NCBI GenBank assembly: GCA_036786125.1
Contig: DAIQRP010000001.1
Span: 32,465 to 89,438 of the forward strand
Direction: 5' to 3'
DNA: 56,974 bases
DNA from: Sphingobacterium sp.
GTDB taxonomy: Bacteria; Bacteroidota; Bacteroidia; Sphingobacteriales; Sphingobacteriaceae
Shown here: positions 38,222-48,371 of the stretch, piece after piece
Layout of the letters: each line of letters begins with the position of its first letter
How positions within the stretch are numbered: the stretch's first letter is position 1
Program-made: the position numbers and the translations under genes
Notes under the pieces: model-generated
Database searches by the model: none
Seen by the model: the letters and a program-made list of their open reading frames with translations, nothing else
Told to the model about the DNA's origin: nothing

Positions 38222-39646
38222 ATGATGAAAAGACTTTTTATACTATCTGGAATACTCGTGATTTGGGGTTTTGTGTGTAGCGCACAAAGTAAGGATGTGC
38301 ATATTTCCTATAGCTTAAATATCTCTGACTCTTTTAAAGAAAAGTCCGATTTATCCTTATTAACGCAAATCCTATCTACTGAAGATAAAAGTGATTTTAT
38401 AGACCTTTGGGTGAATGACCGCTATATTCGTGTCGAAGATAAATCCGTGCAGCATCTGATAGAGCTACAGGACCTACAGACTAAAAGATCCTTTTTGTTG
38501 TCGCCCTCCACATCCACGTATGAGGAGATTACCCAGCAGAAAAACAGTATAAAGACTCTCTCCGAAGCTGGGAATGTCAATATATATGACCATGCGAACT
38601 ATAGAATTATCTATCAAGACCGCATTAAAAAGAATATTTTAGGTTACAATTGCCAAAAAGCCATTATCCATTTACCACAAAAAGAAACGGCTGATGGGTC
38701 CCCTATCTTGGATAAAATTGAAGTGTGGTATTCCAAAGATCTGCCTCAGGTATATTGGTCTAAATTTATGTACCTCAAAGATATTCCAGGGGCAGCATTA
38801 CAAATCTCAACGGATGGAATTGGAATCTCCGCACAGGAAATTAGAATTGAAAAACCCAATACCTTAGACTTTGAAATCCCCGCTTCCTATCAAAAAATAG
38901 TTTCCGAAGATGATTTTGATGAAGAGTATCAAAATTCACCGATGAACTTAGGCGAAGGAAGAATGAGTTATTACGATTCCAACCTTCAATTATTTGGGAT
39001 TCAAGATGAAAAGGGCAATCGAATTACAACGGCCCGCTATGCAGAAATTCATGGATTTAAAAATCAATTGGCTATTGTCGCGGATGCCCATCTCAACTAT
39101 GGCCTTATAAATGTACAAGGACAAGAAATTCAGCCATGCAGCTTCGATGATTTAATTCAAAGTAGAAATGGTTACTTTATTTTTGAGAAGAATAATAAAC
39201 AGGGTTATCTCAATGCCCAAGGAGAGGAAATTATTGCTCCCACTTTTTCTATAGCCTCCGATTTTAAAGGCGAATTCGCTATTGTAAATAATCAGGACTG
39301 TTTTGGTATCATCGATAGCATCGGAAATATTATTGTCCCGATTCGTTATGATATGATAACGAACTTTCAGGATAGCTTAGCCATTGTTGTGACCAATGAA
39401 AAATATGGACTTATCAATCTTCAAGGAGAAGAGCTTATACAACCAAAATACGATTACCTGCAGTTTGGAAATTCCAAGCTTATTTTAGCTAAGGAGCATG
39501 GGAAATATGGTTTTATCAATGCAGAAGGTCTGGTTGTTATTCCTTTTATTTATGAGCATGCTCAAGCTTTCCATAAGGAACGGGCGAAAGTATCTACCCT
39601 TCAGAAAGGAAGTTTTTATATCGATAAAAATGGCAGGGAACTCTAA
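38222..39646 (+). CDS. exported protein: GLPGLI/DUF4412-like N-domain fused to WG repeats
   Basis: Signal peptide; KKNILGYNCQKA...VWYSKDLP...DIPGAAL; about 6 repeats of the (K)YGxIxxxGxxxIxxxY type. Confidence 0.75.
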   Translation: MMKRLFILSGILVIWGFVCSAQSKDVHISYSLNISDSFKEKSDLSLLTQILSTEDKSDFIDLWVNDRYIRVEDKSVQHLIELQDLQTKRSFLLSPSTSTYEEITQQKNSIKTLSEAGNVNIYDHANYRIIYQDRIKKNILGYNCQKAIIHLPQKETADGSPILDKIEVWYSKDLPQVYWSKFMYLKDIPGAALQISTDGIGISAQEIRIEKPNTLDFEIPASYQKIVSEDDFDEEYQNSPMNLGEGRMSYYDSNLQLFGIQDEKGNRITTARYAEIHGFKNQLAIVADAHLNYGLINVQGQEIQPCSFDDLIQSRNGYFIFEKNNKQGYLNAQGEEIIAPTFSIASDFKGEFAIVNNQDCFGIIDSIGNIIVPIRYDMITNFQDSLAIVVTNEKYGLINLQGEELIQPKYDYLQFGNSKLILAKEHGKYGFINAEGLVVIPFIYEHAQAFHKERAKVSTLQKGSFYIDKNGREL

Positions 39647-39697
39647 GTCTGCGCACTAAAGAAATTTAAATGCTTGAGCTTTTACCTATCTTTGGAG

Positions 39698-40126
39698 ATG
39701 GAAACATTTAAGATTGCCACCCTTCACCGCGCGAAATATATGGCATGTCTCTTAGGGTTTGTGAGTTTGATAGCCTATATCGCTTCCCAATTCCCTGTCT
39801 CAGAGATTGTCAAAATATTAATTGTCCTTTTTTCTATCCCTTTAATTTTATTTGTAGGGGTCAAGATATCGCGTAACGATAGCCTGTGGACCTTAACAGA
39901 GACCGATCTTATTATAGATATGCAGGGAGACAAAAAAATCATTCCTGTAAGCGATATTGTATACTTTCGAAACTTGAGACGCTCAGGAGGAAACTTATTT
40001 ATGATACATATTCAAAATCAATCCACCTATCGCTGTTGGAGAAACAAACTTTTTCAAGACTTGGACGAAATGGACTTACTTGTAGAAGCCCTAAAAAATA
40101 AAGAGGTCGAATATTATGATATGTAA
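39698..40126 (+). CDS. small two-TM membrane protein
   Basis: Two hydrophobic helices then a soluble domain; ATG 39698 follows TATCTTTG (39687-39694). Confidence 0.65.
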   Translation: METFKIATLHRAKYMACLLGFVSLIAYIASQFPVSEIVKILIVLFSIPLILFVGVKISRNDSLWTLTETDLIIDMQGDKKIIPVSDIVYFRNLRRSGGNLFMIHIQNQSTYRCWRNKLFQDLDEMDLLVEALKNKEVEYYDM

Positions 40127-40137
40127 CCTAGGTTACA
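40122..40137. promoter_or_regulatory. perfect 16-bp palindrome, putative Crp/Fnr-family binding site
   Basis: TGTAACCTAGGTTACA (GTA-N8-TAC geometry), upstream of AAAATTTG (40170-40177) and the sulfur operon. Confidence 0.7.
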
Positions 40138-40184
40138 ACTATTGTTTCTTCGATTTATTTCTTTTGTATAAAATTTGAAAGACA

Positions 40185-40742
40185 ATGATGCATTTTATCA
40201 CTGACCCCTGGCCCTGGTATATCTCTGGCCCACTGATCGCTTTAGTTATGTACCTACTTCTTCGAGAAGGCAAGGATTTTGGAATGTCCTCGAACTTCAG
40301 AACGATGTGTACGCTTTTAGGCGCAGGAAAGAAAACCTCTTTTTTCCGCATCGACTGGAAAGCACAACGATGGAATCTGCTCGTGGCTTTAGGAGCTGCA
40401 ATCGGAGGATTTATAGCCCATCATTTTCTATCTACAGAAACGCCGACGGCTATTCATCCACAGTCTATAGCAGACTTACAGCATTTGGGCATTATCGATC
40501 AGGTACAAGGCTACCTGCCTGAGTCACTTTTTATTTTAAATGGAGATTTAAAACAAATTCTTATACTAGTCATTGGGGGACTTCTTATTGGATTTGGAAC
40601 CCGATATGCCGGAGGATGCTCTTCAGGGCATGCAATCTCCGGATTAAGTCATTTTCAGCTTCCCTCCTTAATCGCGGTCATTGGTTTTTTTGTAGGAGGT
40701 TTAATGATGACCCACCTGCTTTTCCCTTTAATTTTTGGATAA
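40185..40742 (+). CDS. YeeE/YedE sulfur-compound transporter, half 1
   Basis: PWPWYISGPLI, FGMSSN and GFGTRYAGGCSSGHAISG motifs. Confidence 0.88.
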   Translation: MMHFITDPWPWYISGPLIALVMYLLLREGKDFGMSSNFRTMCTLLGAGKKTSFFRIDWKAQRWNLLVALGAAIGGFIAHHFLSTETPTAIHPQSIADLQHLGIIDQVQGYLPESLFILNGDLKQILILVIGGLLIGFGTRYAGGCSSGHAISGLSHFQLPSLIAVIGFFVGGLMMTHLLFPLIFG

Positions 40743-40743
40743 T

Positions 40744-41160
40744 ATGAAACATATACGTTTTCTCTTTATAGGCATCTTATTCGGAATTATTATGTATAAA
40801 TCTGAAGCCGCTTCTTGGTATAGAATTTATGAGATGTTTCAATTCCGATCATTTCATATGTATGGAATTATAGGTACGGGATTAGCAACAGCTATTTGTA
40901 TTGTTCAATATATAAAAAGAAAGAAGATTAAAGACAGGACTGGAGAAGATATCCATTTTCCAGAAAAAGATCGATCCATAAGCAGATATCTTATCGGAGG
41001 AACAATCTTCGGATTAGGTTGGGCTTTAACAGGAGCATGCCCTGGTCCAATGTTCACCTTACTTGGCGCTGGATATATTTTGAGTATGGGTATCCTGCTG
41101 CTCGCGGCTATTGCGGGGACTTGGCTATATGGTATGATCAGGCACAAACTACCTCATTAA
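40744..41160 (+). CDS. YeeE/YedE sulfur-compound transporter, half 2
   Basis: SEAASWYRIYEMF and GGTIFGLGWALTGACPGP motifs. Confidence 0.88.
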   Translation: MKHIRFLFIGILFGIIMYKSEAASWYRIYEMFQFRSFHMYGIIGTGLATAICIVQYIKRKKIKDRTGEDIHFPEKDRSISRYLIGGTIFGLGWALTGACPGPMFTLLGAGYILSMGILLLAAIAGTWLYGMIRHKLPH

Positions 41161-41165
41161 AAAAG

Positions 41166-41795
41166 ATGACGGCTATTGAACAGGCATTTCAGGGACTTTT
41201 TGAGAAAGAGTTACTTCGAGAAATGGAGGAGCTAGCAAGTGTACAGACCTTTCTTCCTGGAGAGATTATTCTAGATTTTGGCAGTTATATTAAAATGATG
41301 CCTCTACTCATCTCTGGAGCCATTAAAATTTCCCGTGAAGATCTCGACGAAGGGGAGCTGGCTCTTTACTTTTTGGAACAAGGAGATACCTGTGCCATGT
41401 CTATCGCCTGTGCTGTAGGCCATAAGAAGTCCGAAATTCGGGCTCGAGCGGAAATCGAAAGTACCCTAGCGATGATCCCGACCTTATATATGGATATATG
41501 GATGGGAAAATATACATCTTGGAGGGCATTTATACTAAATAATTATGCCAAGCGCTTTCAGGAAATGCTCACTGCTGTAGATAGCATAGCTTTTCTTCAA
41601 ATGGACGATCGGATCCTAAACTATCTGACCGAAAAAAGCTTGGTTTCGGGTTTAACTACCCTAAATATAACTCATCAGCAGATTGCTGTCGACCTGAATA
41701 CTTCCCGCGTGGTTGTATCCAGGTTATTAAAATCATTAGAAAAAGCACAAAAAATTTCTTTACAGCGTAATAGCATTACCTTATTGGAAGCGTAA
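41166..41795 (+). CDS. Crp/Fnr family transcriptional regulator
   Basis: cNMP-like domain (LISGAIKISRE...LYFLEQGDTCAMSIAC) and HTH THQQIAVDLNTSRVVVSRLLK; ATG 41166. Confidence 0.9.
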   Translation: MTAIEQAFQGLFEKELLREMEELASVQTFLPGEIILDFGSYIKMMPLLISGAIKISREDLDEGELALYFLEQGDTCAMSIACAVGHKKSEIRARAEIESTLAMIPTLYMDIWMGKYTSWRAFILNNYAKRFQEMLTAVDSIAFLQMDDRILNYLTEKSLVSGLTTLNITHQQIAVDLNTSRVVVSRLLKSLEKAQKISLQRNSITLLEA

Positions 41796-41803
41796 ATTAA
41801 AAA

Positions 41804-42598
41804 ATGGAACTTATTATCGGATATATACTCGCCATACTTGTCGGCATCTCTTTGGGGCTGATGGGCTCCGGAGGCTCTATTCTAACCCTTCCTATCTTTG
41901 TTTATCTATTTCATGTCTCCGCTTTACAGGCTATAGATTACTCCTTGTTTATCATTGGAATCACGGCATTTATCGGATCTGTGCAACATCTGAAATCTCG
42001 GAATATTGATTTTAAAACCGCGGTTATTTTTGGGCTTCCCTCCCTACTGTCCGTCTATATAACACGTCGATTTATCGTCCCTGCTATTCCACATGAAATC
42101 CGGATATACGCAGATATTTCAATAAACAAGTCTATGTTTATGATGTTGATATTCGCGATGGTGATGTTATGCTCCGCATATTCCATGATCCGGAAATCGG
42201 ATCGCATAGCTGTACGGAAAAGCCCCTCGCTGGGGACACTTTTTATATTAGGTATATTTGTCGGCTTACTGACAGGCTTAGTCGGAGCTGGAGGAGGATT
42301 TTTAATTATACCTTCCTTTGTACTGATTATGGGCATGTCTATGAAGAAGGCTATTGGAACCTCTTTATTTATTATTGCTATTAACTCCTTAATTGGATTT
42401 GGCACAGACTTCCATAATTATCCGAAGCTGGATTGGACTTTATTGATTATATTTAGCTTAATCACCATTATTGGATTATTTATAGGCACCATTATATCTT
42501 CAAAAATTGATGGTACTCGATTGAAAGTTGGATTCGGTTGGTTTATACTTGCCATGGGCGTATTTATTATCCTTTCCGAATTGATACACACATATTAA
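41804..42598 (+). CDS. TauE/SafE sulfite exporter family protein
   Basis: GLMGSGGSILTLP, GLVGAGGGFLIIP and AIGTSL motifs; multi-TM. Confidence 0.9.
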   Translation: MELIIGYILAILVGISLGLMGSGGSILTLPIFVYLFHVSALQAIDYSLFIIGITAFIGSVQHLKSRNIDFKTAVIFGLPSLLSVYITRRFIVPAIPHEIRIYADISINKSMFMMLIFAMVMLCSAYSMIRKSDRIAVRKSPSLGTLFILGIFVGLLTGLVGAGGGFLIIPSFVLIMGMSMKKAIGTSLFIIAINSLIGFGTDFHNYPKLDWTLLIIFSLITIIGLFIGTIISSKIDGTRLKVGFGWFILAMGVFIILSELIHTY

Positions 42599-42610
42599 AA
42601 AGAATATAGT

Positions 42611-44005
42611 ATGTTTTTCGAACACATTTTTGACAACACCTTAGCACACTCTTCTTATGTGATCGGCTGTCAGGTTTCTGGAGAAGCCATTGTCATAGAC
42701 CCGAAAAGAGATGTGGACAGCTATCTGGCTATTGCCCAGAAAAACAATCTTCGTATTACACATATTACGGAAACACATATACATGCAGACTATCTTTCCG
42801 GAACTCAGGAACTTGCCGCAATAACTGGAGCTTCTATCTATCTTTCCGATGAGGGAGGAGCAGAATGGCAGTATGAATTTGATCATATAGGTCTTAAAAA
42901 TGGGGATCAGATTAGGCTCGGAAATTTGATTTTTCAAGTGTTACATACTCCGGGACACACTCCGGAAAGTATCAGTTTTTTACTGACGGATACACCGGCG
43001 ACTATGGAACCGATTATGGTCTTTACGGGGGATTTTGTCTTTGTAGGCGATATTGGTAGACCGGATTTATTAGAAGCTGCAGCAGGAATTCAGGGTTCCA
43101 AAGATATAGGTGCACAGCAAATGTACCGCTCCCTAGCCAAGTTTCAGTCTCTACCAAGTTATGTGCAAGTATGGCCTGCTCATGGCGCTGGTTCAGCCTG
43201 TGGAAAAGCATTGGGGGCAGTACCGAGTTCAACAGTAGGATATGAACTTATTCGTAATTGGGCATTCCAGTTTCCAAATGATGAGGAGGGCTTTAAATCC
43301 TATCTGCTCGCAGACCAACCTGAACCTCCGCGTTATTTTGCGATGATGAAAAAGTTAAATAAATCTGTCAGACCACTATTACTCGAAGTTCCTCAATACT
43401 CTTCTCTTTCTGCGGAGGAGTTTAAAGCAGAGTATGCTTCTCATACCTTAATTATAGATACCCGTGAAAAAGCAAAATTTGCAGCCTCACATCTTGCAGG
43501 AACGATTAATATTCAGAATAATAAATCTTTTAATACCTGGGCCGGATGGGTCATAGACTATAATCAACCTTTTGTACTTATTGCTGAAGAAGTTGAACTG
43601 GAAGATTTAGCTAGGAAATTAATGCGTATTGGATTAGATCAAGCTATTGGTTATATCACAGAGTCTGACCTAAAAAATTTAGGCCTTCCGTTACAAAATC
43701 AACGTATTATTGACTATGACAGCATGTTAAGCCGAATTTCAGATCCTTCCTATCAGATTATAGACGTTCGAAATGCTACAGAGTATGCCGAAGCACATCT
43801 ACCTGGAGCGGAAAACCTATTTGTGGGGACCTTAACTCAGCATCTTCATAAAATTGATCCTGCCAAAAAAACGGTTATCCACTGTCAATCTGGAGATCGA
43901 GCGACTCTAGCTCAATCCCTTCTTGCAGCACATGGTTATTCCGAGGTAGAAAATTATAGTGCGGGTATGAAAGAATGGAAAGAAAAAGGCGGACCCTTAG
44001 CTTAG
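42611..44005 (+). CDS. persulfide dioxygenase-rhodanese fusion (CstB-like MBL with two rhodanese domains)
   Basis: ETHIHADY, HTPGHTPES, TGDFVFVGDIGRPDL, HGAGSACG; the last rhodanese domain carries HCQSGDRA. Confidence 0.88.
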   Translation: MFFEHIFDNTLAHSSYVIGCQVSGEAIVIDPKRDVDSYLAIAQKNNLRITHITETHIHADYLSGTQELAAITGASIYLSDEGGAEWQYEFDHIGLKNGDQIRLGNLIFQVLHTPGHTPESISFLLTDTPATMEPIMVFTGDFVFVGDIGRPDLLEAAAGIQGSKDIGAQQMYRSLAKFQSLPSYVQVWPAHGAGSACGKALGAVPSSTVGYELIRNWAFQFPNDEEGFKSYLLADQPEPPRYFAMMKKLNKSVRPLLLEVPQYSSLSAEEFKAEYASHTLIIDTREKAKFAASHLAGTINIQNNKSFNTWAGWVIDYNQPFVLIAEEVELEDLARKLMRIGLDQAIGYITESDLKNLGLPLQNQRIIDYDSMLSRISDPSYQIIDVRNATEYAEAHLPGAENLFVGTLTQHLHKIDPAKKTVIHCQSGDRATLAQSLLAAHGYSEVENYSAGMKEWKEKGGPLA

Positions 44006-44046
44006 ATAAAAGAAAAACAGCCTTATCGGCTGTTTTTCTTTTATCT
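44004..44046. terminator. bidirectional terminator between the sulfur operon and GH15
   Basis: 19-bp stem AGATAAAAGAAAAACAGCC-TTATC-GGCTGTTTTTCTTTTATCT. Confidence 0.9.
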
Positions 44047-44056
44047 GTCAACGAGA

Positions 44057-45850
44057 TTAAAAAAATAAAGGCTGATCTAATTTGATCGCAATTCGATAGG
44101 CTGCATTCACCAAACCGACATGCGAGTAAGCCTGAGGGAAATTACCCCATTGACTACCATCTTCTGCATCGATATCCTCCGAAAATAACATCAGGTGATT
44201 TCCATACTTCATGAGGTTTTTAAATGTTTCTTTAGCTTCTTCTAATCGGCCTACACAAGCTAAAGCCTCTACATACCAAAATGCACAGATAAGAAATGTG
44301 GACTTAGGCTTTCCAAAATCATCACGGTGTAAGTACCTATAGAATAAACCATCATTAGCCTTGAGTTCTCTCTCCAATCCTATCAAATGCTTCTTAGCCC
44401 GCTCAGAATGCGGATCTAGATAATGCATCATAATAAGCTGTAAACTACTTGCGTCTAAATTTGGATTCCCCACGGCGGTAGTATACACTTCCCTTTCGGG
44501 ATCATAACAGGCTTCAATATATGCAGCTGCCTTATTCATCAAAATCGTCGCTCGATCGATTGTTTGCTGATCACCAATCTCCTTGGCAATTTTAATGGCA
44601 GCCTGACATCCCGCCCATTGGAATAAATTGGAGTAACAGTGGTGATTTTCGAGATTTCTAAACTCCCAAATTCCAGCATCCTTTTCATCTATGGTCGCTT
44701 CTATTTTCAAGAGAATATAATCTAGCCAACTGGACACTCCTTTACGCTCTTTAAAAATAAATCGATGATCGGTAAATAAAGGTAATAAAGCAATCATTGC
44801 CTGTCCATACACATCATTTTGAATATGTTCATAAGCCTGATTCCCCAGGCGTACAGGCTGATTCCCCTGATAACCGGCGAGATGATCTAGATGTACCTCC
44901 GTCAGTTTGGCCGTTCCCATAATATCGTATAAAGGTTGCAGCCTGCCGGAATCTGCCTGCGTGATATTCACAATATAACTCGAATATCTTTCCATCTCTT
45001 CAAAATGTCCGATATGCGCTAAAGTCATCAGTACATAATAACTATCTCGTAACCAGCAGTAGCGGTAGTCCCAGTTTCTCCCTGCTCCGGGATGCTCTGG
45101 CAGACTCATGGTACTAGCAGCGATAATAGCCCCTGTATCCTCATACTGATGTAGCTTTAAGGCTAGGGAGGAACGAATTACCTCTTCCTGAAAAAAGTTC
45201 GGTATGGAAGCATGTTTAATCCAATCTCTCCAATATTGCTGAGTCTTAGCCAAGAAATCTGTTACGGTACGTTCCAGTGCCGCTTCTAAAGGTTCCCCAT
45301 AGGTTAACACCAGGTATTTGGTCTCCCCAAGAACTACAGCTGTTTCATTAAAAAAATGATTGATAGGCACATTTGTCGTCAGCCTTAAGGATTCAGCATC
45401 ATTTCTAAATTCGACATGATTTGAACCTCTTAATTTTTGAAATGTTCCTGTACCGTAATTATGGGTAGGCTCACAGTGTATTTTAATCTGAGGTCTTCCA
45501 GAAATAGGTTCTATCTTACGGATTAACATCAGAGGTTTATAATATCTTTCATACTGGCAGAAGCGTGGAGCAAAATCTGTAATTAGATAGCTCCCATCCT
45601 CCGCATGTACCTCTGTACATAGGATATTTGTATTTTCCAGATAATATTGATTACTGCTAAATGCCCCTGAAGCCGGAAGAATCGTAAATCGACCTCCCTT
45701 CTCCTGGTCTAACATCCCTCCAAACATAAAGGAGCTGTTAAAAGCAGGCCAACATAGCCAATCTACATTTGTATTTTTATTTATATGTGCTACAAAAGCA
45801 CAATTTCCAATAATTCCAGTTTGATAACGATGTCTTTTTTCTTGGATCAT
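44057..45850 (-). CDS. glycoside hydrolase family 15 (trehalase-like)
   Basis: IIGNC, RNWDYRYCWLRD, GIWEFR, LFSED and GNFPQAYSHVGL motifs. Confidence 0.92.
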   Translation of the reverse strand: MIQEKRHRYQTGIIGNCAFVAHINKNTNVDWLCWPAFNSSFMFGGMLDQEKGGRFTILPASGAFSSNQYYLENTNILCTEVHAEDGSYLITDFAPRFCQYERYYKPLMLIRKIEPISGRPQIKIHCEPTHNYGTGTFQKLRGSNHVEFRNDAESLRLTTNVPINHFFNETAVVLGETKYLVLTYGEPLEAALERTVTDFLAKTQQYWRDWIKHASIPNFFQEEVIRSSLALKLHQYEDTGAIIAASTMSLPEHPGAGRNWDYRYCWLRDSYYVLMTLAHIGHFEEMERYSSYIVNITQADSGRLQPLYDIMGTAKLTEVHLDHLAGYQGNQPVRLGNQAYEHIQNDVYGQAMIALLPLFTDHRFIFKERKGVSSWLDYILLKIEATIDEKDAGIWEFRNLENHHCYSNLFQWAGCQAAIKIAKEIGDQQTIDRATILMNKAAAYIEACYDPEREVYTTAVGNPNLDASSLQLIMMHYLDPHSERAKKHLIGLERELKANDGLFYRYLHRDDFGKPKSTFLICAFWYVEALACVGRLEEAKETFKNLMKYGNHLMLFSEDIDAEDGSQWGNFPQAYSHVGLVNAAYRIAIKLDQPLFF

Positions 45851-45852
45851 AT

Positions 45853-48042
45853 TTATACTACATTTGGGCAGTTTAATAAATTATTTAAGAGCTCTAATAC
45901 CTCGGCTTGTTTTTCTACGAAAAATTTCGCTTTCGTTTCTTTATTGCCCACTTTAACGGAGAACATATCTTCCGAAAGTGCGGCAAACATATCTTCATCG
46001 GTGGAGTCATCTCCTATGGCAATAATAAAATCAGCATTAAAATCTTCCATCACCGTCAATGCCGCCCGCCCCTTATTCACTTCCGCACTTTTCAATTCAA
46101 TAACTTCATCTCCATCGAGCAGCTGCAAGCCAAATTCTGTCGCTAAATAACGCAGATGATCGATGACTTCATGCGCCCTAAGGCTACCTAAGCCCTTCTG
46201 AACTTTTCTATAATGAAAAGCCATAGAATAACTTTTCTCTTCAATAAAAGCACCTGGAGTACGGTCTACATATTTCTGCATAATTTCCTTACATGACTCC
46301 TTCCAAGCATCTGAAAGACCCGCTTTAGCATGCCAGTTACCCTCTGGATAATTCGTCCATGCCCCATGCTCTGCAATCAGAATTAAATCTTCTTCACTAA
46401 ACCATTCGGCTAAAGTCTGTTGCTTTCGTCCCGAAATAATGACGACCTTATTTTTCGGGTCTGCATTAATCTGACGTAACAAGCTTAATAAGGCGGCTCC
46501 AGGTTTGGCCTGATCTACATTTTTAAAGAAATTCACTAGAGTACCATCATAATCCAAGAAAAATAGGCGCTGCTCGGCTTCACAATATCGCTGACACATC
46601 GCACGCACGGTGGATGGTCCTATCTTACGAGAAAGTTCAGATTCTTGGATTTCCTTAATTTCATGTAAGCGATTCATAAATTGATTTACCCAATGTTTCA
46701 CATTGAATTTGGATACATTTTCCAAACTTGCTGCCAGCCTTTCCCGCTGCTCCTTTTCGGGCATCTGTAAGCCCTGAGCTATGGCATGGGTAACCCCATT
46801 AATTTCACATGGGTTCACCTGAACAGCATCAATCAGTTCTTTGGCTGCTCCCGCAAGCTCACTTAAAATCAATACTCCGGTACTATCTTTTTTAGACGCG
46901 ATAAACTCTTTACAAACCAGGTTCATCCCATCTCGAATAGGGGTAACTAGACAGATAGATGCCGCAGAGTATAATGCGGATAACTCTTCTACGGGATATG
47001 AATTATAGAAATATGCAATAGGTGTCCAATCGGAGCTCCCATATAAAGCATTGACCGAACCGACTAAACGGTCGATTTCATCTTTTAATATTTTATATTG
47101 AAGGACAGTATCCCTTGAGGGGACCACTAACATATAGTAGACAACTTTCTTTCGAAATTCCGGATACTGAATTAAAAATTGTTCATAAGCCAGAATACGC
47201 TCTAACATCCCCTTACTATAATCCAATCGATCTATAGAAAGGATTATTTCACAGGAATTAAATGTTTCTTTTATTTCTTGGGCTCTCAGCTTGACCGATT
47301 CTGAAGCAGCTAGAGCTTCGAATTTCAAATTGTCGATGCCCATCGGGTACGCTTCTACAAAAGTTAATCGGCCATTATTTTTTACCGAATTTTGTTTGGT
47401 TTTTAAACCTAAGATATGTGAACAGGAATCGATAAAATACTGCGTATCATCATAGGTATGAAAGCCAATCAGATCGGCCCCTAATAAACCTTCTAAAAGT
47501 TGGGTTCTCCAAGGGATTAAGCGAAAGATTTCATGAGAAGGGAAAGGAATATGTTGAAAATAGGCGATAGAAATATTTTCATAGTTGGCTCTTAACAGAG
47601 AGGGGAGCAACATCAATTGGTAATCATGTATCCAAACTTCATCCTCGGGTTGGATATACTGATTTATGCTGTCTGCAAAAAGTTCATTGACGGATTGATA
47701 GCTCTTCCAATTCTCCTCTTCATAAACAGCGTAACTGGGTCGATAGTGGCAGATAGGCCAGATGACTTCATTGGAAAAGCCTTCATAAAAGCCTTTGATA
47801 TCCTCTTCATTTAAGAAGATAGGGATTAAATTATGGGCTTTAAGTTTTTCTGTAATTTCACTTTTTTCCTCCTCGTCCTCGGTAATAATTCCGGGCCAAC
47901 CCATCCAAATATTGCCATTTTGATTATAAATTGCACCAAGCCCAGTTGCTAATCCTCCTTCCGAAGGTACAACTTCCAGCCCCTCTTCCGTACGTTTAAT
48001 TTTAACAGGTAATCGATTGGATACAATAATAGTTTTACGCAT
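45853..48042 (-). CDS. bifunctional trehalose-6-phosphate synthase/phosphatase (OtsA-OtsB fusion)
   Basis: VSNRLP, WIHDYQL, DRLDYSKG and DGMNLVCKEF, then HAD motifs LDYDGTL and GDDSTDEDMF. Confidence 0.95.
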   Translation of the reverse strand: MRKTIIVSNRLPVKIKRTEEGLEVVPSEGGLATGLGAIYNQNGNIWMGWPGIITEDEEEKSEITEKLKAHNLIPIFLNEEDIKGFYEGFSNEVIWPICHYRPSYAVYEEENWKSYQSVNELFADSINQYIQPEDEVWIHDYQLMLLPSLLRANYENISIAYFQHIPFPSHEIFRLIPWRTQLLEGLLGADLIGFHTYDDTQYFIDSCSHILGLKTKQNSVKNNGRLTFVEAYPMGIDNLKFEALAASESVKLRAQEIKETFNSCEIILSIDRLDYSKGMLERILAYEQFLIQYPEFRKKVVYYMLVVPSRDTVLQYKILKDEIDRLVGSVNALYGSSDWTPIAYFYNSYPVEELSALYSAASICLVTPIRDGMNLVCKEFIASKKDSTGVLILSELAGAAKELIDAVQVNPCEINGVTHAIAQGLQMPEKEQRERLAASLENVSKFNVKHWVNQFMNRLHEIKEIQESELSRKIGPSTVRAMCQRYCEAEQRLFFLDYDGTLVNFFKNVDQAKPGAALLSLLRQINADPKNKVVIISGRKQQTLAEWFSEEDLILIAEHGAWTNYPEGNWHAKAGLSDAWKESCKEIMQKYVDRTPGAFIEEKSYSMAFHYRKVQKGLGSLRAHEVIDHLRYLATEFGLQLLDGDEVIELKSAEVNKGRAALTVMEDFNADFIIAIGDDSTDEDMFAALSEDMFSVKVGNKETKAKFFVEKQAEVLELLNNLLNCPNVV

Positions 48043-48371
48043 ACTTTTTTGTGGTTAAGTGAACACCTAGGTCAGATGTGATTTAGATATTTCCGATATG
48101 GAACCTATCTTATAGAACGGCATAAATAGCCAATTGTTTTAATTTTTAGCTTTATTTTAGCCAAAAACATCAAAAATCACTTAAAAAATGAAGAATTTCC
48201 TCTGATTACCGAAAAGGAAATATACCCTAAAAACCTCTACTGAATACCTTTAAAGAATAGATCTATAAAATTACTCCGTCAACATTATTATGTAATTATA
48301 TAGTTTTTTTTATCTTTAAAGAAAACAGTTAACATGTACATCTGTTTTTTTAAGTTGAAAAAGGTTTTATA

